Positions 39,432-49,215 of a stretch of 64,000 nucleotides of DNA are shown piece after piece; the first letter of the stretch is position 1; the number at the start of each line of letters is the position of its first letter. This DNA comes from Promethearchaeota archaeon. GTDB taxonomy: Archaea > Asgardarchaeota > Lokiarchaeia > Sigyniarchaeales > SOKP01. The stretch covers positions 32,001-96,000 of the forward strand of contig JBHLOI010000007.1 of NCBI GenBank assembly GCA_048940645.1, given 5' to 3'. Under the pieces are notes generated by a model that was given only the letters and a program-made list of their open reading frames with translations, did no database searches and was not told the origin of the DNA. The position numbers and the translations under genes were made by a program.

Positions 39432-39564
39432 TGGTCTGGGGGGGATTTGAACCCTCGATTTCCAGTCTAGTATTTAATACAAGATATCTGGCTCCGCAAG
39501 CCAGCGCCCTATTTATGCTATGTTATTGAAAACAAAATAGCAATCCAAGCTAGACTACCAGACC
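39432..39564 (-). tRNA. tRNA-Arg(GCG) with two non-canonical introns (39511-39542 in D-loop; 39460-39485 at 45/46)
   Basis: Spliced 75-nt cloverleaf GGTCTGG TA GTCT AGCTTGGATA GGGC G CTGGC TTGCGGA GCCAG ATATC GAGGG TTCAAAT CCCCC CCAGACC A. Confidence 0.9.
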
Positions 39565-39645
39565 TTTTGAAATGATTTATTTGTAATTTTTAATAATTAT
39601 TGAGTAACTATAATACTTTTCTAATAATTCTCAATAATTAAAGTT

Positions 39646-40314
39646 ATGTTTGATCAATACAGTGTTATATTTGATATGGATGGTGTGCTAGCAGATACTG
39701 GTCCAATTCATTTTGACAGCTGGCTAAAAATGGCTAATGAAATTGGATACCATTTTAGTAAAAAATTATTCGAGAAGACATTCGGTCAACAAAGCCCTAC
39801 AATAGTGAGGAAATTAGTAGGATCTGAGATAGAACAAGAACTCGTGGATAAATGGGCAGCTCTTAAAGAACAGTATTATAGAAAAATGGTAAAAGATAAA
39901 TTAAAACCATTACCTGGAGTGAAACGCTTAATCCAGGAACTTAAATCTTATAATTTCAAATTGGCAGTTGGTTCAAGTGGACCTCGTGAAAATGTGGAAT
40001 TATTAATTAATGTTTTGCAATTAAAAGAAGATTTTGATGTCTTGATTAGTGCTGCCGAAGTTAAAAATGGAAAACCAGCACCGGATGTCTTTTTAATTTC
40101 TGCTAAAAAATTGAAAACAAAACCTAAAAATTGTCTTGTCATAGAAGATGCTCCAGTAGGAATTGAAGCTGCAAAAAGGGCGGGTATGAAATCAATTGCA
40201 CTTACTACAACTCATGAAAAAAATGAGCTCCTTAATGCTGATCTAATTGTAAAAGATTTATCAGAAGTGAGTCTTCACGATATAATGCTATTATTAAAAA
40301 TAGTTCAGAAGTAG
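39646..40314 (+). CDS. HAD family phosphatase (beta-phosphoglucomutase-like)
   Basis: FDMDGVLAD, GKPAPDVF, IEDAPVG. Confidence 0.92.
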   Translation: MFDQYSVIFDMDGVLADTGPIHFDSWLKMANEIGYHFSKKLFEKTFGQQSPTIVRKLVGSEIEQELVDKWAALKEQYYRKMVKDKLKPLPGVKRLIQELKSYNFKLAVGSSGPRENVELLINVLQLKEDFDVLISAAEVKNGKPAPDVFLISAKKLKTKPKNCLVIEDAPVGIEAAKRAGMKSIALTTTHEKNELLNADLIVKDLSEVSLHDIMLLLKIVQK

Positions 40315-40319
40315 TTTAT

Positions 40320-40991
40320 ATGATTTTTTTATGTTTTGGTAATTCATTGACAGCTGGTTGGCCTGGATATTATCCCCATTCAGATGGAGTTTCAAGGGGA
40401 AATGGAAATTTCCAGTCTCAATATGAATATTGGCTAAAAGAATACTGTGTTGAGTATATTGAAAAAAAAATTAATAAAGAAAAAGCATCTATCTCAAAAG
40501 AGATAATTTTTGTAAATAGAGGAATACCTGGAGATACTTCAAGTGGCTTGTTATACAGAATCGATGATTTAATAGCATATAAACCAAAACCAAATTATTC
40601 TATCATAATAATTGGAACGAATGATTTGGGTTGGAGTAGTTCTACTCAAAAAATTCTTAAAAACATAATGGATCTTCATAGAATCTCAAAAAATAACAAA
40701 ATACTCTCTTTAGGGGGATTGATCCCGCCAATAACTAAAAGAGCTTCAAGTCAAAGATATGATATAATTCAATCTGATTTTAATGAAGAATTAAAAGAAT
40801 TTTTCATGAAAAACAATATTCCGTTTACTGATTACTCCTATATGAAAGATGAGGAAAATTATTTAAAACCAGAATTTACAACGGGAGATGGTGTACATTT
40901 TTCAGTTGATGGTTATAAACATATGGGGTTAAGCATTTTTGAAAATGTAATTAAACATATTATAGACGAAGAAATTAATGAATTTAGGTAG
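40320..40991 (+). CDS. SGNH/GDSL hydrolase
   Basis: FGNSLT, NRGIPG, GTND, DGVH blocks. Confidence 0.9.
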   Translation: MIFLCFGNSLTAGWPGYYPHSDGVSRGNGNFQSQYEYWLKEYCVEYIEKKINKEKASISKEIIFVNRGIPGDTSSGLLYRIDDLIAYKPKPNYSIIIIGTNDLGWSSSTQKILKNIMDLHRISKNNKILSLGGLIPPITKRASSQRYDIIQSDFNEELKEFFMKNNIPFTDYSYMKDEENYLKPEFTTGDGVHFSVDGYKHMGLSIFENVIKHIIDEEINEFR

Positions 40992-41024
40992 TCAACATCA
41001 AAAATATAGTCTATAAGAGTTAAG

Positions 41025-41309
41025 TTACCCAAAATAATCTGGTTTACTAGATACTAACGTAGTTGTTTCTTCAATCCACTGAGATAATTGATTATCTACG
41101 CGCATATAAGTCACAATTTTATCTAACTCTTGTAATTTAGTGAATGAGCATTCAACAACAAGATCCCATCCTCCATAAACCGGTGTAACATAAGTTACCC
41201 TCCAATTTTCTTCGGATTCAGTTGATTTGAGACTTGAAAGCTTCTCAACGACTTTCCATTCTGTGCCTATGGTTTTAAGTCTTACTAGTATATATCCCCG
41301 ATAAAACAT
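41025..41309 (-). CDS. Stand-alone Lrp/AsnC ligand-binding (RAM) domain protein
   Basis: YILVR...VYGGWDLVV...ETTTLV; ATG 41309 preferred start. Confidence 0.8.
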   Translation of the reverse strand: MFYRGYILVRLKTIGTEWKVVEKLSSLKSTESEENWRVTYVTPVYGGWDLVVECSFTKLQELDKIVTYMRVDNQLSQWIEETTTLVSSKPDYFG

Positions 41310-41450
41310 TTTTTTATTTCTACTTTTTAGATGACTATTACCATTATTGTTATTTAACAATTGCTAAAAAAATTATCTTTTTGAAAACTATATATTATTA
41401 ATAAAATTAAGATTTAGTAGATTATCTCTCTATCTTGTTGATTCTGATAT

Positions 41451-43211
41451 ATGAATGAGAAAGAAATCAAAAAACTATTATGGATAATGGGCCTTAAAAA
41501 CGCCATTGAATTTCAAGGAAGCCCCGATAAAAAGGCGGTAATGGGAAAGTTAATGTCACAAAGACCAGATTTAAGACCGCATGCGAAAGAAATAATTCCG
41601 CTCTTAAATGAGATTATGCCAAAAATCTCAAAATTAAGTATCGAGAAACAAAAAGAAGAGCTATTACAACGAGATCCCCATGCCTTAGATAAAAAAGAAC
41701 CGAAAGAGGAACAAAAAAGTTTACCGGATTTACAAAATATTGAAAAATTCGAAAAAATTGTAATGCGGTTAGCACCTTATCCTAGTGGTGCGTTACACAT
41801 TGGAAACGCTAGAATGGTTATATTAAATGATGAATATGTAAAGAGATACAACGGAGAGTTAATTCTATTTTTTGATGATACAATAGGGAGTCCACTATCA
41901 TTGAGAGCTAGTCCTAAGGCAAAATATGTAATTCCTGAGGCTTATGGGCTAATAGAAGAAGGACTTAAATGGTTGGGAGTCAACTATTCAAAAGTTTTTT
42001 ATAAAAGTGAAAGATTAGAAATTTTTTATGATTACTGTGAAAAATTAATAAATGGGAATATTGCATACATTTGCTTTTGCTCTGCTGACATATTTAGAGA
42101 AAAATACAAAAAAGACCAAAAAAATTGTCCTCACAGGGATCAGTCAATTGAAAAGAATCTAGAGGAATGGAATAATATGCTCAATAAAAAGTATAGCGAG
42201 GGTGAGGCAGTAGTGAGATTAAAAACCGGAATGGACCAAAAAGACCCTGCTTTAAGAGATCAAATTATTATGAGGATTTCTGAAGCAGAACATCCTCGAA
42301 CAGGAGATAAATACATTGTTTGGCCAATGCTGGAATTTTCTTGGGCAATTGATGACCATTTAATAGGGGTATCTCACATTCTCAGAGGAGTAGATTTAGT
42401 TAAAGAAGATTTTATTGAAGATTTTATATGGGAACATTTTAATTGGAAAAGAGCGGAATTTTTGCATTATGGAAGAATAAAATTTCCAAATATAAAATTA
42501 AGTAAAACAGAAGCAAGAAATAATATACAGAATGGAATATATGAAGGTTGGGATGATCCAAGAACCTGGAGTTTACAGTCCTTAGCAAAGAGAGGAATAA
42601 GACCAAAAGCGTTGAGAGAAGCTTTATATGATCTTGGCATGTCACTCTCAGGTATCACATTTGATGAGGATTGGTTATATTCAAAAAATAAAGCTATAAT
42701 TGATGAAATTTCAGATAGATATTTTTATGTAGAAAATCCCATATTAATTGAAATTTCAAAAATCCCCTTCTTAGAATATTGCGCAGAGCCTTTATTATTA
42801 CCATCAAATCCTAATAAAGGAAATAGAAATATAAGAGGAAAAGCAAAAAAAGGAAAGATATACATTTTCATCTCAGAGAAAGATGCTGAAAAGCTAAAAC
42901 CCAGAGACATTATTCGCTTAAAAGATTTGGTAAACATTCAAATTGATTCTTTGGATTTAAAGAATAAGAAAGTAAAAGCAAACTATTATAGTTTAAAATT
43001 AAATAGAGATTTTGCAATAATCCACTGGGTTCCTAAAGATGAATATATAAATATATCAATTCTAAAACCAGACGGTACTATTTCGAAGGGTTATGGGGAA
43101 GTAAATCTCGTAAACATTCCCCTAAATAAACCTGTGCAGTTTGAAAGATATGGATTTGTTAATCCAATAGAAAGAGATAATAATGAATTATTTTGCTATT
43201 TTACACATTAA
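41451..43211 (+). CDS. gltX: Glutamate--tRNA ligase, archaeal
   Basis: RLAPYPSGALHIGN, KLSKT, GWDDPR, QFERYGF. Confidence 0.97.
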   Translation: MNEKEIKKLLWIMGLKNAIEFQGSPDKKAVMGKLMSQRPDLRPHAKEIIPLLNEIMPKISKLSIEKQKEELLQRDPHALDKKEPKEEQKSLPDLQNIEKFEKIVMRLAPYPSGALHIGNARMVILNDEYVKRYNGELILFFDDTIGSPLSLRASPKAKYVIPEAYGLIEEGLKWLGVNYSKVFYKSERLEIFYDYCEKLINGNIAYICFCSADIFREKYKKDQKNCPHRDQSIEKNLEEWNNMLNKKYSEGEAVVRLKTGMDQKDPALRDQIIMRISEAEHPRTGDKYIVWPMLEFSWAIDDHLIGVSHILRGVDLVKEDFIEDFIWEHFNWKRAEFLHYGRIKFPNIKLSKTEARNNIQNGIYEGWDDPRTWSLQSLAKRGIRPKALREALYDLGMSLSGITFDEDWLYSKNKAIIDEISDRYFYVENPILIEISKIPFLEYCAEPLLLPSNPNKGNRNIRGKAKKGKIYIFISEKDAEKLKPRDIIRLKDLVNIQIDSLDLKNKKVKANYYSLKLNRDFAIIHWVPKDEYINISILKPDGTISKGYGEVNLVNIPLNKPVQFERYGFVNPIERDNNELFCYFTH

Positions 43212-43299
43212 CCTGGCTTCTAATAGTATATTCATCATTTTTAGATCAATTTTTAATTTAGAACCAATAATTATTATTAAGTGAATTCATAATATAAAA

Positions 43300-44376
43300 A
43301 TGAATATGAATGAAGAAGAACACAAGGAAAATATGTTTCTGAGTAAAAAAGAATGGACCTTCTGTCCTTCATGTGGATTTAAACTTCCAGAAATAGATAG
43401 ACAAAGATATTGTATTAAGTGTGGAGTGGACCTAGAATATATTAAAAGTAACGTTATTTCACGTCCACCATCGCCTATTGATATAAGCACATATAGATCC
43501 GAGTGGGATCAAGAAAAAATTGCAGATAAGGATATTTTAAATCTTGGAGAAAAACCATTATGGGGTAGTTTTTATTCAATAGGCATTCCTATACTTGCTT
43601 TTATTTTAATGTTTTTTTTAGGAACTATTATAATGTCATTTCTTGTTCCTTTGGTATCTAATTTAGAAGAACTTACGGCCTTGATGTTTAATCCATATTT
43701 TGTTGTTCTACTTTCGTTTACTGAATTAATTTTTATATTAGTTCCAGTTTATTATGTCGGTAAGTATCTTCAAAATCCTAAATTCAATAATCGTTTAATG
43801 TTATTAGGGTTCACCCTAAAGGGTAATGATAATTTTAAACCTGTAAAAGAAGTCTTTATTGGTTTAGCATTTGCAGTTTTAGGAATACTTTTAGTGTTTT
43901 CAGTATCATTCCTTATTGAAATTATTTTAGAATTGATTTTTGGCGTAGATATTGTGTTTACTGGAGGTGGCTCATTAAATGAAATAGATATAATTCTAGC
44001 TAATTCTGACATTTTATCTCTAATATTTCTCGCAATTACTATGATATTAATCGTCGGTACTTCAGAAGAATTGTTATTTAGAGGATTCATGCAAAAAGGT
44101 TTAGTAAGGACTGTTGGAAAGTACGGAGGACTTATTATCACAGCACTAATCTTCTCCTCAATCCATCTAATAGGAATTTTCCAAATAGGCAATGCTAATC
44201 CAATAGATTATCTACTTTCCTTTTTACTCAACTTCTTCCCATATTTTGCATTATCCCTATTGTTGGGATTTTTATTTTATTGGAGAAAAGAAAATCTTAT
44301 TGCTGTTGTTATTATGCATGGTTTTTATAATGCAATAACGATAATTATAGCTTATATCTATTTTAACTTTATTTGA
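43300..44376 (+). CDS. CPBP (CAAX/Abi) intramembrane metalloprotease with N-terminal zinc ribbon
   Basis: CPSCG..CIKCG; EELLFRG, FSSIH, HGFYN. Confidence 0.9.
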   Translation: MNMNEEEHKENMFLSKKEWTFCPSCGFKLPEIDRQRYCIKCGVDLEYIKSNVISRPPSPIDISTYRSEWDQEKIADKDILNLGEKPLWGSFYSIGIPILAFILMFFLGTIIMSFLVPLVSNLEELTALMFNPYFVVLLSFTELIFILVPVYYVGKYLQNPKFNNRLMLLGFTLKGNDNFKPVKEVFIGLAFAVLGILLVFSVSFLIEIILELIFGVDIVFTGGGSLNEIDIILANSDILSLIFLAITMILIVGTSEELLFRGFMQKGLVRTVGKYGGLIITALIFSSIHLIGIFQIGNANPIDYLLSFLLNFFPYFALSLLLGFLFYWRKENLIAVVIMHGFYNAITIIIAYIYFNFI

Positions 44377-44396
44377 ATTGCACATTTTAGTATTTT

Positions 44397-45254
44397 ATGA
44401 ACTTCTTAAATTTTTTCAAATCAAAAGCCAAAGGAAAAATTGCTAACATTGGAATTGGTCTTGGAAGTGAGCAATCTCAAAATTTAAAGGTTTTTAAAGC
44501 AACACAATATTTTTTAAGGAAAAATTCATCGAAAATTTATTTTTTTGGTGAACCAAAAGCAATATCACAACTATTAAACGAATCAATTACCTCTAAATTT
44601 AATTTTGACTTAATCAAAAGTAGTGAGCCAGAAAAAGATATTATAAATTATTTAAAAGAAAATACCATCAATGCTGTGATAAGAGGTAACTTAAGTTCTA
44701 ATAAATTTCTTATGCATTTAAAGCACATATTAAATATTTCAGAAATAAATCGTTTAGCTTTACTTGAGTCTTTTGATGGTGAACAATTCTTTTTTGGACC
44801 CGTTGGCATTGATGAGTGCAATAATTTTCAAAAAAAAATTAACTTTATTGAAAATGCTATAGTCCTGTTTCAATCTTTAGACGTTGAGCCACGAATAGGT
44901 ATTTTGAGCGGTGGTAGATTAAGTGATATTGGTCGTGATGAATATGTGGATGAATCTATTAATATAGCTAAACAAGTAGAAACTTATCTCAAGGACAAAT
45001 ATCCTAAATTGACTATTAAACATCATGAGATATTAATTGAAGCCAGCCTTAAAAAGAAGTCAAATTTAATCATTGCTCCAGACGGCATTTCCGGAAATTT
45101 AATCTATCGTACCTTAGTTCATCTAGGTGGTGGTAAAGCATATGGAGCTATCTATATGGGTTTAAATTCTACAATCATAGATACATCAAGAGTAGGTAAA
45201 ATATCTGAAATAGAAGGAGCTTTAATTCTCAGCTTAGCATTGATAAATGCTTAA
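44397..45254 (+). CDS. mtxX: Methanogenesis marker protein 4 / MtxX family
   Basis: IRGNLS, GPVGIDE, SGGRLSDIGR, APDGISGNLIYRTL, DTSR. Confidence 0.88.
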   Translation: MNFLNFFKSKAKGKIANIGIGLGSEQSQNLKVFKATQYFLRKNSSKIYFFGEPKAISQLLNESITSKFNFDLIKSSEPEKDIINYLKENTINAVIRGNLSSNKFLMHLKHILNISEINRLALLESFDGEQFFFGPVGIDECNNFQKKINFIENAIVLFQSLDVEPRIGILSGGRLSDIGRDEYVDESINIAKQVETYLKDKYPKLTIKHHEILIEASLKKKSNLIIAPDGISGNLIYRTLVHLGGGKAYGAIYMGLNSTIIDTSRVGKISEIEGALILSLALINA

Positions 45255-45288
45255 ACAAATAAAAAAGGAAAAAATATTGTTTAAGGTG

Positions 45289-45588
45289 CTAACTAATAGC
45301 TCCGATAAGGGTGGCTAGAAGTACAATAATGCCCCCAATCAAAACAGCACAGACAATTAGACCTACTCCCAGGATCCCTAAAAATGTTGGAGTATAATGA
45401 ATTGGTCTAATTCCTAATCCTATTACTAATATTGAACCAAATATTCCTAAAATAAGTCCTAAAATTCCAAAGTTGTAAGGCATTATACTTGTTCCGGTTA
45501 TTACTAAAATAGTTTCTATAAGAGAAACTATTCCCCCTATAACTGCGAAAACTCGCATAACTTTATCTGTTTCTTGAAGTTCACTCAT
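45289..45588 (-). CDS. Small membrane protein
   Basis: Gly-rich hydrophobic helices. Confidence 0.7.
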   Translation of the reverse strand: MSELQETDKVMRVFAVIGGIVSLIETILVITGTSIMPYNFGILGLILGIFGSILVIGLGIRPIHYTPTFLGILGVGLIVCAVLIGGIIVLLATLIGAIS

Positions 45589-45713
45589 TTTAGAGTCACT
45601 CTCTTATAAAAATGGTTTTTAATTTAAAAATAACATAATGATACTTAAAAAGTTATACCAATCAATATTTTAATAATTCTTATTTATAGGAAAAAATTTT
45701 TAGAAAAAGTTGA

Positions 45714-45817
45714 TGGGAGAGGGGGGATTTGAACCCCCGACCACTCGGCCCCCAGCCGATTAGATTTAGTTCGGTAAAACCAAGCTAAGGTATCATACCA
45801 TTCTAGACCACCCTCCC
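45714..45817 (-). tRNA. tRNA-Pro(GGG) with a 30-nt non-canonical intron (45760-45789, position 27/28)
   Basis: Spliced 74-nt cloverleaf GGGAGGG TG GTCT AGAATGGTA TGAT A CTCGG CTGGGGG CCGAG TGGTC GGGGG TTCAAAT CCCCC CTCTCCC A. Confidence 0.9.
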
Positions 45818-46003
45818 ATTTAAGGAAAGGATGTTAATTTTAGAGTTTAGAACTTGAAATAGCGTTATCTTTGTTTTGTATACTTAAAAATCTTAAATTC
45901 TATTTATTTTTAATTATCCTTATACATTGTACTAATAATTTTTAAATTCTTTAGAGGGTTTTTAAACTTATAATTTTTAAAAATAGAAAACTTTGATAAT
46001 TTC

Positions 46004-46300
46004 ATGCGCTCTCGGAAACCTTTTATTATCTTCTGGCCTCAATATTTTGATTTAAAGAGGAGTAGAGCAGAGGGTAGGCGTATTCCTAGAAAATTTGCTG
46101 TAGAAAAAATCCATTCAAATGATCTTTACAACGTAGCTAAGCGTTTAGGGTATACTGTTCAACATGAAAAGAATTATAAATATTCGAGAACTTGGTGGGA
46201 TGAACCTGGAAGAATTTTAGTGGATACTAAAGGAAAGAAAAAATCTAAAGTATTAATTGAATTAGCAAAGGAATTAAAAAAGACACAATCCAAGAGATAA
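46004..46300 (+). CDS. srp19: Signal recognition particle protein SRP19
   Basis: WPQYFD...SRAEGRRIP, YSRTWW..GRI. Confidence 0.95.
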   Translation: MRSRKPFIIFWPQYFDLKRSRAEGRRIPRKFAVEKIHSNDLYNVAKRLGYTVQHEKNYKYSRTWWDEPGRILVDTKGKKKSKVLIELAKELKKTQSKR

Positions 46301-46309
46301 ATCATTATT

Positions 46310-46681
46310 ATGCATGAATTTGCCTTTGCCTATAATATTTTTAAAATAGCAGAAGCTACTGCTCTAAAATATAATGCCCAAAAAATTACTGAAGTTTATT
46401 TAGAAGTTGGGGAATTAACTTTAATTGTTCCTGAACTTCTACGCCAATCATTTAAGATGGCAACTTCTGGCTCAATTGCAGAGGGAGCAGAATTAAAAAT
46501 TGAGATCGTGCCGGGTAAAATAAAATGCAGGGAATGTGGAAAAGTATCAGCTGTAACTTTAAGTGAAGAAGCTCAATTAACTGGACTTCAATTATTCCAA
46601 TGCAAGTTTTGTAAGAGTAAAAACACAGAAATAATTGAAGGTAAGAAAGCAAATGTTAAAAATATAAAGATTCAAGAATAA
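46310..46681 (+). CDS. hypA: Hydrogenase maturation nickel metallochaperone HypA
   Basis: MHE N-terminus, GEL, CRECG...CKFC. Confidence 0.95.
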   Translation: MHEFAFAYNIFKIAEATALKYNAQKITEVYLEVGELTLIVPELLRQSFKMATSGSIAEGAELKIEIVPGKIKCRECGKVSAVTLSEEAQLTGLQLFQCKFCKSKNTEIIEGKKANVKNIKIQE

Positions 46682-47059
46682 TTAGATTAAAACACCATTT
46701 AAAATTCCATGCTGTCCGGGCCTAGATGTGATTTTTGCTTTTCCTAGCTCTGTTTCAACAATCGCACCTTTAGTTAAAATGTGTCTGCGGTTATAATCCT
46801 TAGACGCATCATTACTATCAAACCTTAAAATTCTCACTTTGGAAGTTTGATTGTTATTAGGATCTGTAACATTAACGTATAAAGATGAAAATAATTTAAG
46901 CTTTTGATTTCCTCCCAATACTCTCTGCTTTTTCTTCTTTTCTTCTCCTACTCTGGTTTCTATGGGAGGGCGCTCTAATTCTCTTTTTCTCTTCTTTCTA
47001 AAGTGTTTATATTTTTTTCCTGTGTATTTTCTTTTTGATCTTGCTTGAGAACGAGCCAT
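46682..47059 (-). CDS. rps8e: 30S ribosomal protein S8e
   Basis: RKKRKRELER, LTKGAIVETELGKAKITSRPGQHG. Confidence 0.97.
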   Translation of the reverse strand: MARSQARSKRKYTGKKYKHFRKKRKRELERPPIETRVGEEKKKKQRVLGGNQKLKLFSSLYVNVTDPNNNQTSKVRILRFDSNDASKDYNRRHILTKGAIVETELGKAKITSRPGQHGILNGVLI

Positions 47060-47223
47060 GACATACCATCATTAAATTAGTAAGTAGTAAAGGAAATGAT
47101 TTCTTTAAAATTTTTGTATTTAAATGTTTATAATCTGTAAAAGTAAAATAAATATACTAAAAATTAATTTATTCATTATAACAATTAGTTTATCAGAAAA
47201 GTAATATAAAGTCTAACAGAAAA

Positions 47224-47865
47224 ATGATGGAAAATATTGCAAATAAATTAAATCTAGATAAAAACTCTTTAGAAAAAATCATTAAATCAAGTACCACAAC
47301 GGTTGGAATAATTGTAAAGGATGGTATCGTAGTAGGAACGGAATCTCAAGCTACTGCAGGATATACTGTTGCTACAAAACAAGCTCAGAAACTTTTTAAG
47401 ATAAATGATTATACATGTGCAACTATTTCTGGAGGGGTTGCAGATTGCCAGTATGTAGTTAATCAACTTAAAGCATTATCTAAATTAAAAGAAGTTGAAG
47501 AGGAAAAAGTTCCTGAACCCAAGTACATTGCTAGCGTTACAAGAAACATTTTATTCAGTGGTAGATCATATTACCTTGCTATGATGATAATTGGTGGTTA
47601 CTCAGTAAAAGAGAGTAACGGGAAACTTTACGGAGTTGACTTATTAGGTACTCTTTATGAAGAAGAAAATTTCATTGCTTTTGGTTCTGGAGGGCCATTC
47701 TCCTTAGGTGTATTAGAGGCTGATTGGAAGCCTGGCATGACTTCAAATTTGGGAGTTGAATTAGTCAAAACCGCTATTTCTAGTTCTCGTGAAAGAGACG
47801 CCGCATCTGGATTTAAAATTCAAATATGTACTGTTACTAAAGATGGTTATAAACAAATTCAATGA
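47224..47865 (+). CDS. psmB: 20S proteasome beta subunit
   Basis: Propeptide then TTTVGI, SGGVAD, GSG, RDAASG. Confidence 0.95.
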   Translation: MMENIANKLNLDKNSLEKIIKSSTTTVGIIVKDGIVVGTESQATAGYTVATKQAQKLFKINDYTCATISGGVADCQYVVNQLKALSKLKEVEEEKVPEPKYIASVTRNILFSGRSYYLAMMIIGGYSVKESNGKLYGVDLLGTLYEEENFIAFGSGGPFSLGVLEADWKPGMTSNLGVELVKTAISSSRERDAASGFKIQICTVTKDGYKQIQ

Positions 47866-47878
47866 TTTTTTTAAATAA

Positions 47879-48370
47879 CTACTTCTTAAGAAAATCTATA
47901 TTAATTTGTCTAAGTTCATCAAAAATATAGATAAAACCATTTAATGTTTTTTTTTGAGCATCCATTATTGTCCAGATAATATGTTTAAATTTTGTAATCT
48001 TACCCTCATAGTAACTTCTCATATATGGTATATCAACACCACTTGGATAAGCTCCACCTGGATGAGAATGAAAGATACTTATTAATTGTAAATTGAAGTT
48101 TTTCAAAAATTTTTCAGTTATCTCTTTTAATTTTAGATAATCATCCATTAGAAAGGCTACAGGACTTTCAGAAGAGGATTCTATACACTCAAACTTTTTA
48201 GTATAATAATTATAAGAATAATCATTTTCGAAATTGGTTTTCTTAATTTCTTCAATTTTTCCATAAATTAGACCACATGCCTCGTTAGGATAAGCTTTAT
48301 CAACACATTGTTCTATCTTTTTATAAATATCCTGATTGATGAAGAACGTTATATCTTTCTCAAATTTCAC
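47879..48370 (-). CDS. JAMM/MPN+ (M67) metalloisopeptidase
   Basis: NEACG, FHSHP....PSGVD. Confidence 0.9.
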   Translation of the reverse strand: MKFEKDITFFINQDIYKKIEQCVDKAYPNEACGLIYGKIEEIKKTNFENDYSYNYYTKKFECIESSSESPVAFLMDDYLKLKEITEKFLKNFNLQLISIFHSHPGGAYPSGVDIPYMRSYYEGKITKFKHIIWTIMDAQKKTLNGFIYIFDELRQINIDFLKK

Positions 48371-48393
48371 GTTTCTAATAAACTTCTCCCTCT

Positions 48394-49089
48394 TTATAGT
48401 AATGTTAGTGCAGCATTCATAGCCGCTAACCTTGCCTTTCTTATATCAGCACCAGATCCTATAATTATAACGTCCCCTCTTTCAAAAAATACATTCACAT
48501 TAACTATTTTTGTTTTGAAGTATAATTGAACTTTATCATTTATTTTTACTCCATGATTTTCTTGTCCTGAGGAATACGAGGGAAATAATAGTTCATTTCC
48601 ATTATAAATAAGGCAAGTAGCTCCTAATCCTCCTAATCTAATTGCTGCATCTCTTTGTTCAACACCACTTTTTAAATGATCAGCAGCATCTCTAACTAAA
48701 CAATAATATGATTTTGAAATTTCAGAATCGATTATAAAATTTTTCAAAATAGAAACATCTCCTTCATCTAATAAAGGGATTTTATTTTTAATTTTCATTA
48801 GAATCTGTAGGCCTTTTTCAGTCAACACATGTCCTTTTGACTTTATTTGTTGTTTGTTATTACTATTCTTAACAAGGACTTCTATAAAACCACCCTCTTC
48901 TTTTAATTTTTTAACAAGAGATTTTGCTGTACCTCCTCCTAATATTAATTCTTCTTTTAGACGATATCTTCCCAAACCTTCAGGATTATCTCCAAATAAT
49001 AATATAGCTAAAATAACATGAGCATAATCGAAAGAAGGTCTAATTGTTTTGCTCTCAAAGAGAGGATCTAATTCTTCAAAATCTTTCAT
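48394..49089 (-). CDS. wHTH + DUF4443-like protein
   Basis: LGRYRL...L.LG.G, GHVLTEKG, GVEQRDAAIRLGG.GAT. Confidence 0.8.
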   Translation of the reverse strand: MKDFEELDPLFESKTIRPSFDYAHVILAILLFGDNPEGLGRYRLKEELILGGGTAKSLVKKLKEEGGFIEVLVKNSNNKQQIKSKGHVLTEKGLQILMKIKNKIPLLDEGDVSILKNFIIDSEISKSYYCLVRDAADHLKSGVEQRDAAIRLGGLGATCLIYNGNELLFPSYSSGQENHGVKINDKVQLYFKTKIVNVNVFFERGDVIIIGSGADIRKARLAAMNAALTLL

Positions 49090-49215
49090 AACCTTTATAT
49101 ATATTTAGAATCCATATATAAAAAAAATATAAGGTCAAAAAAAATAAAAGGAAGAATATTCTTTTTAAATAATAACGATAGAAATTCTTTATGTCGGATA
49201 TATCCCAATAGTGCC

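Noticed and set aside
45820-47220. SRP (7S) RNA expected near srp19/rps8e
   Set aside because: No GC-rich structured segment of about 300 nt is present
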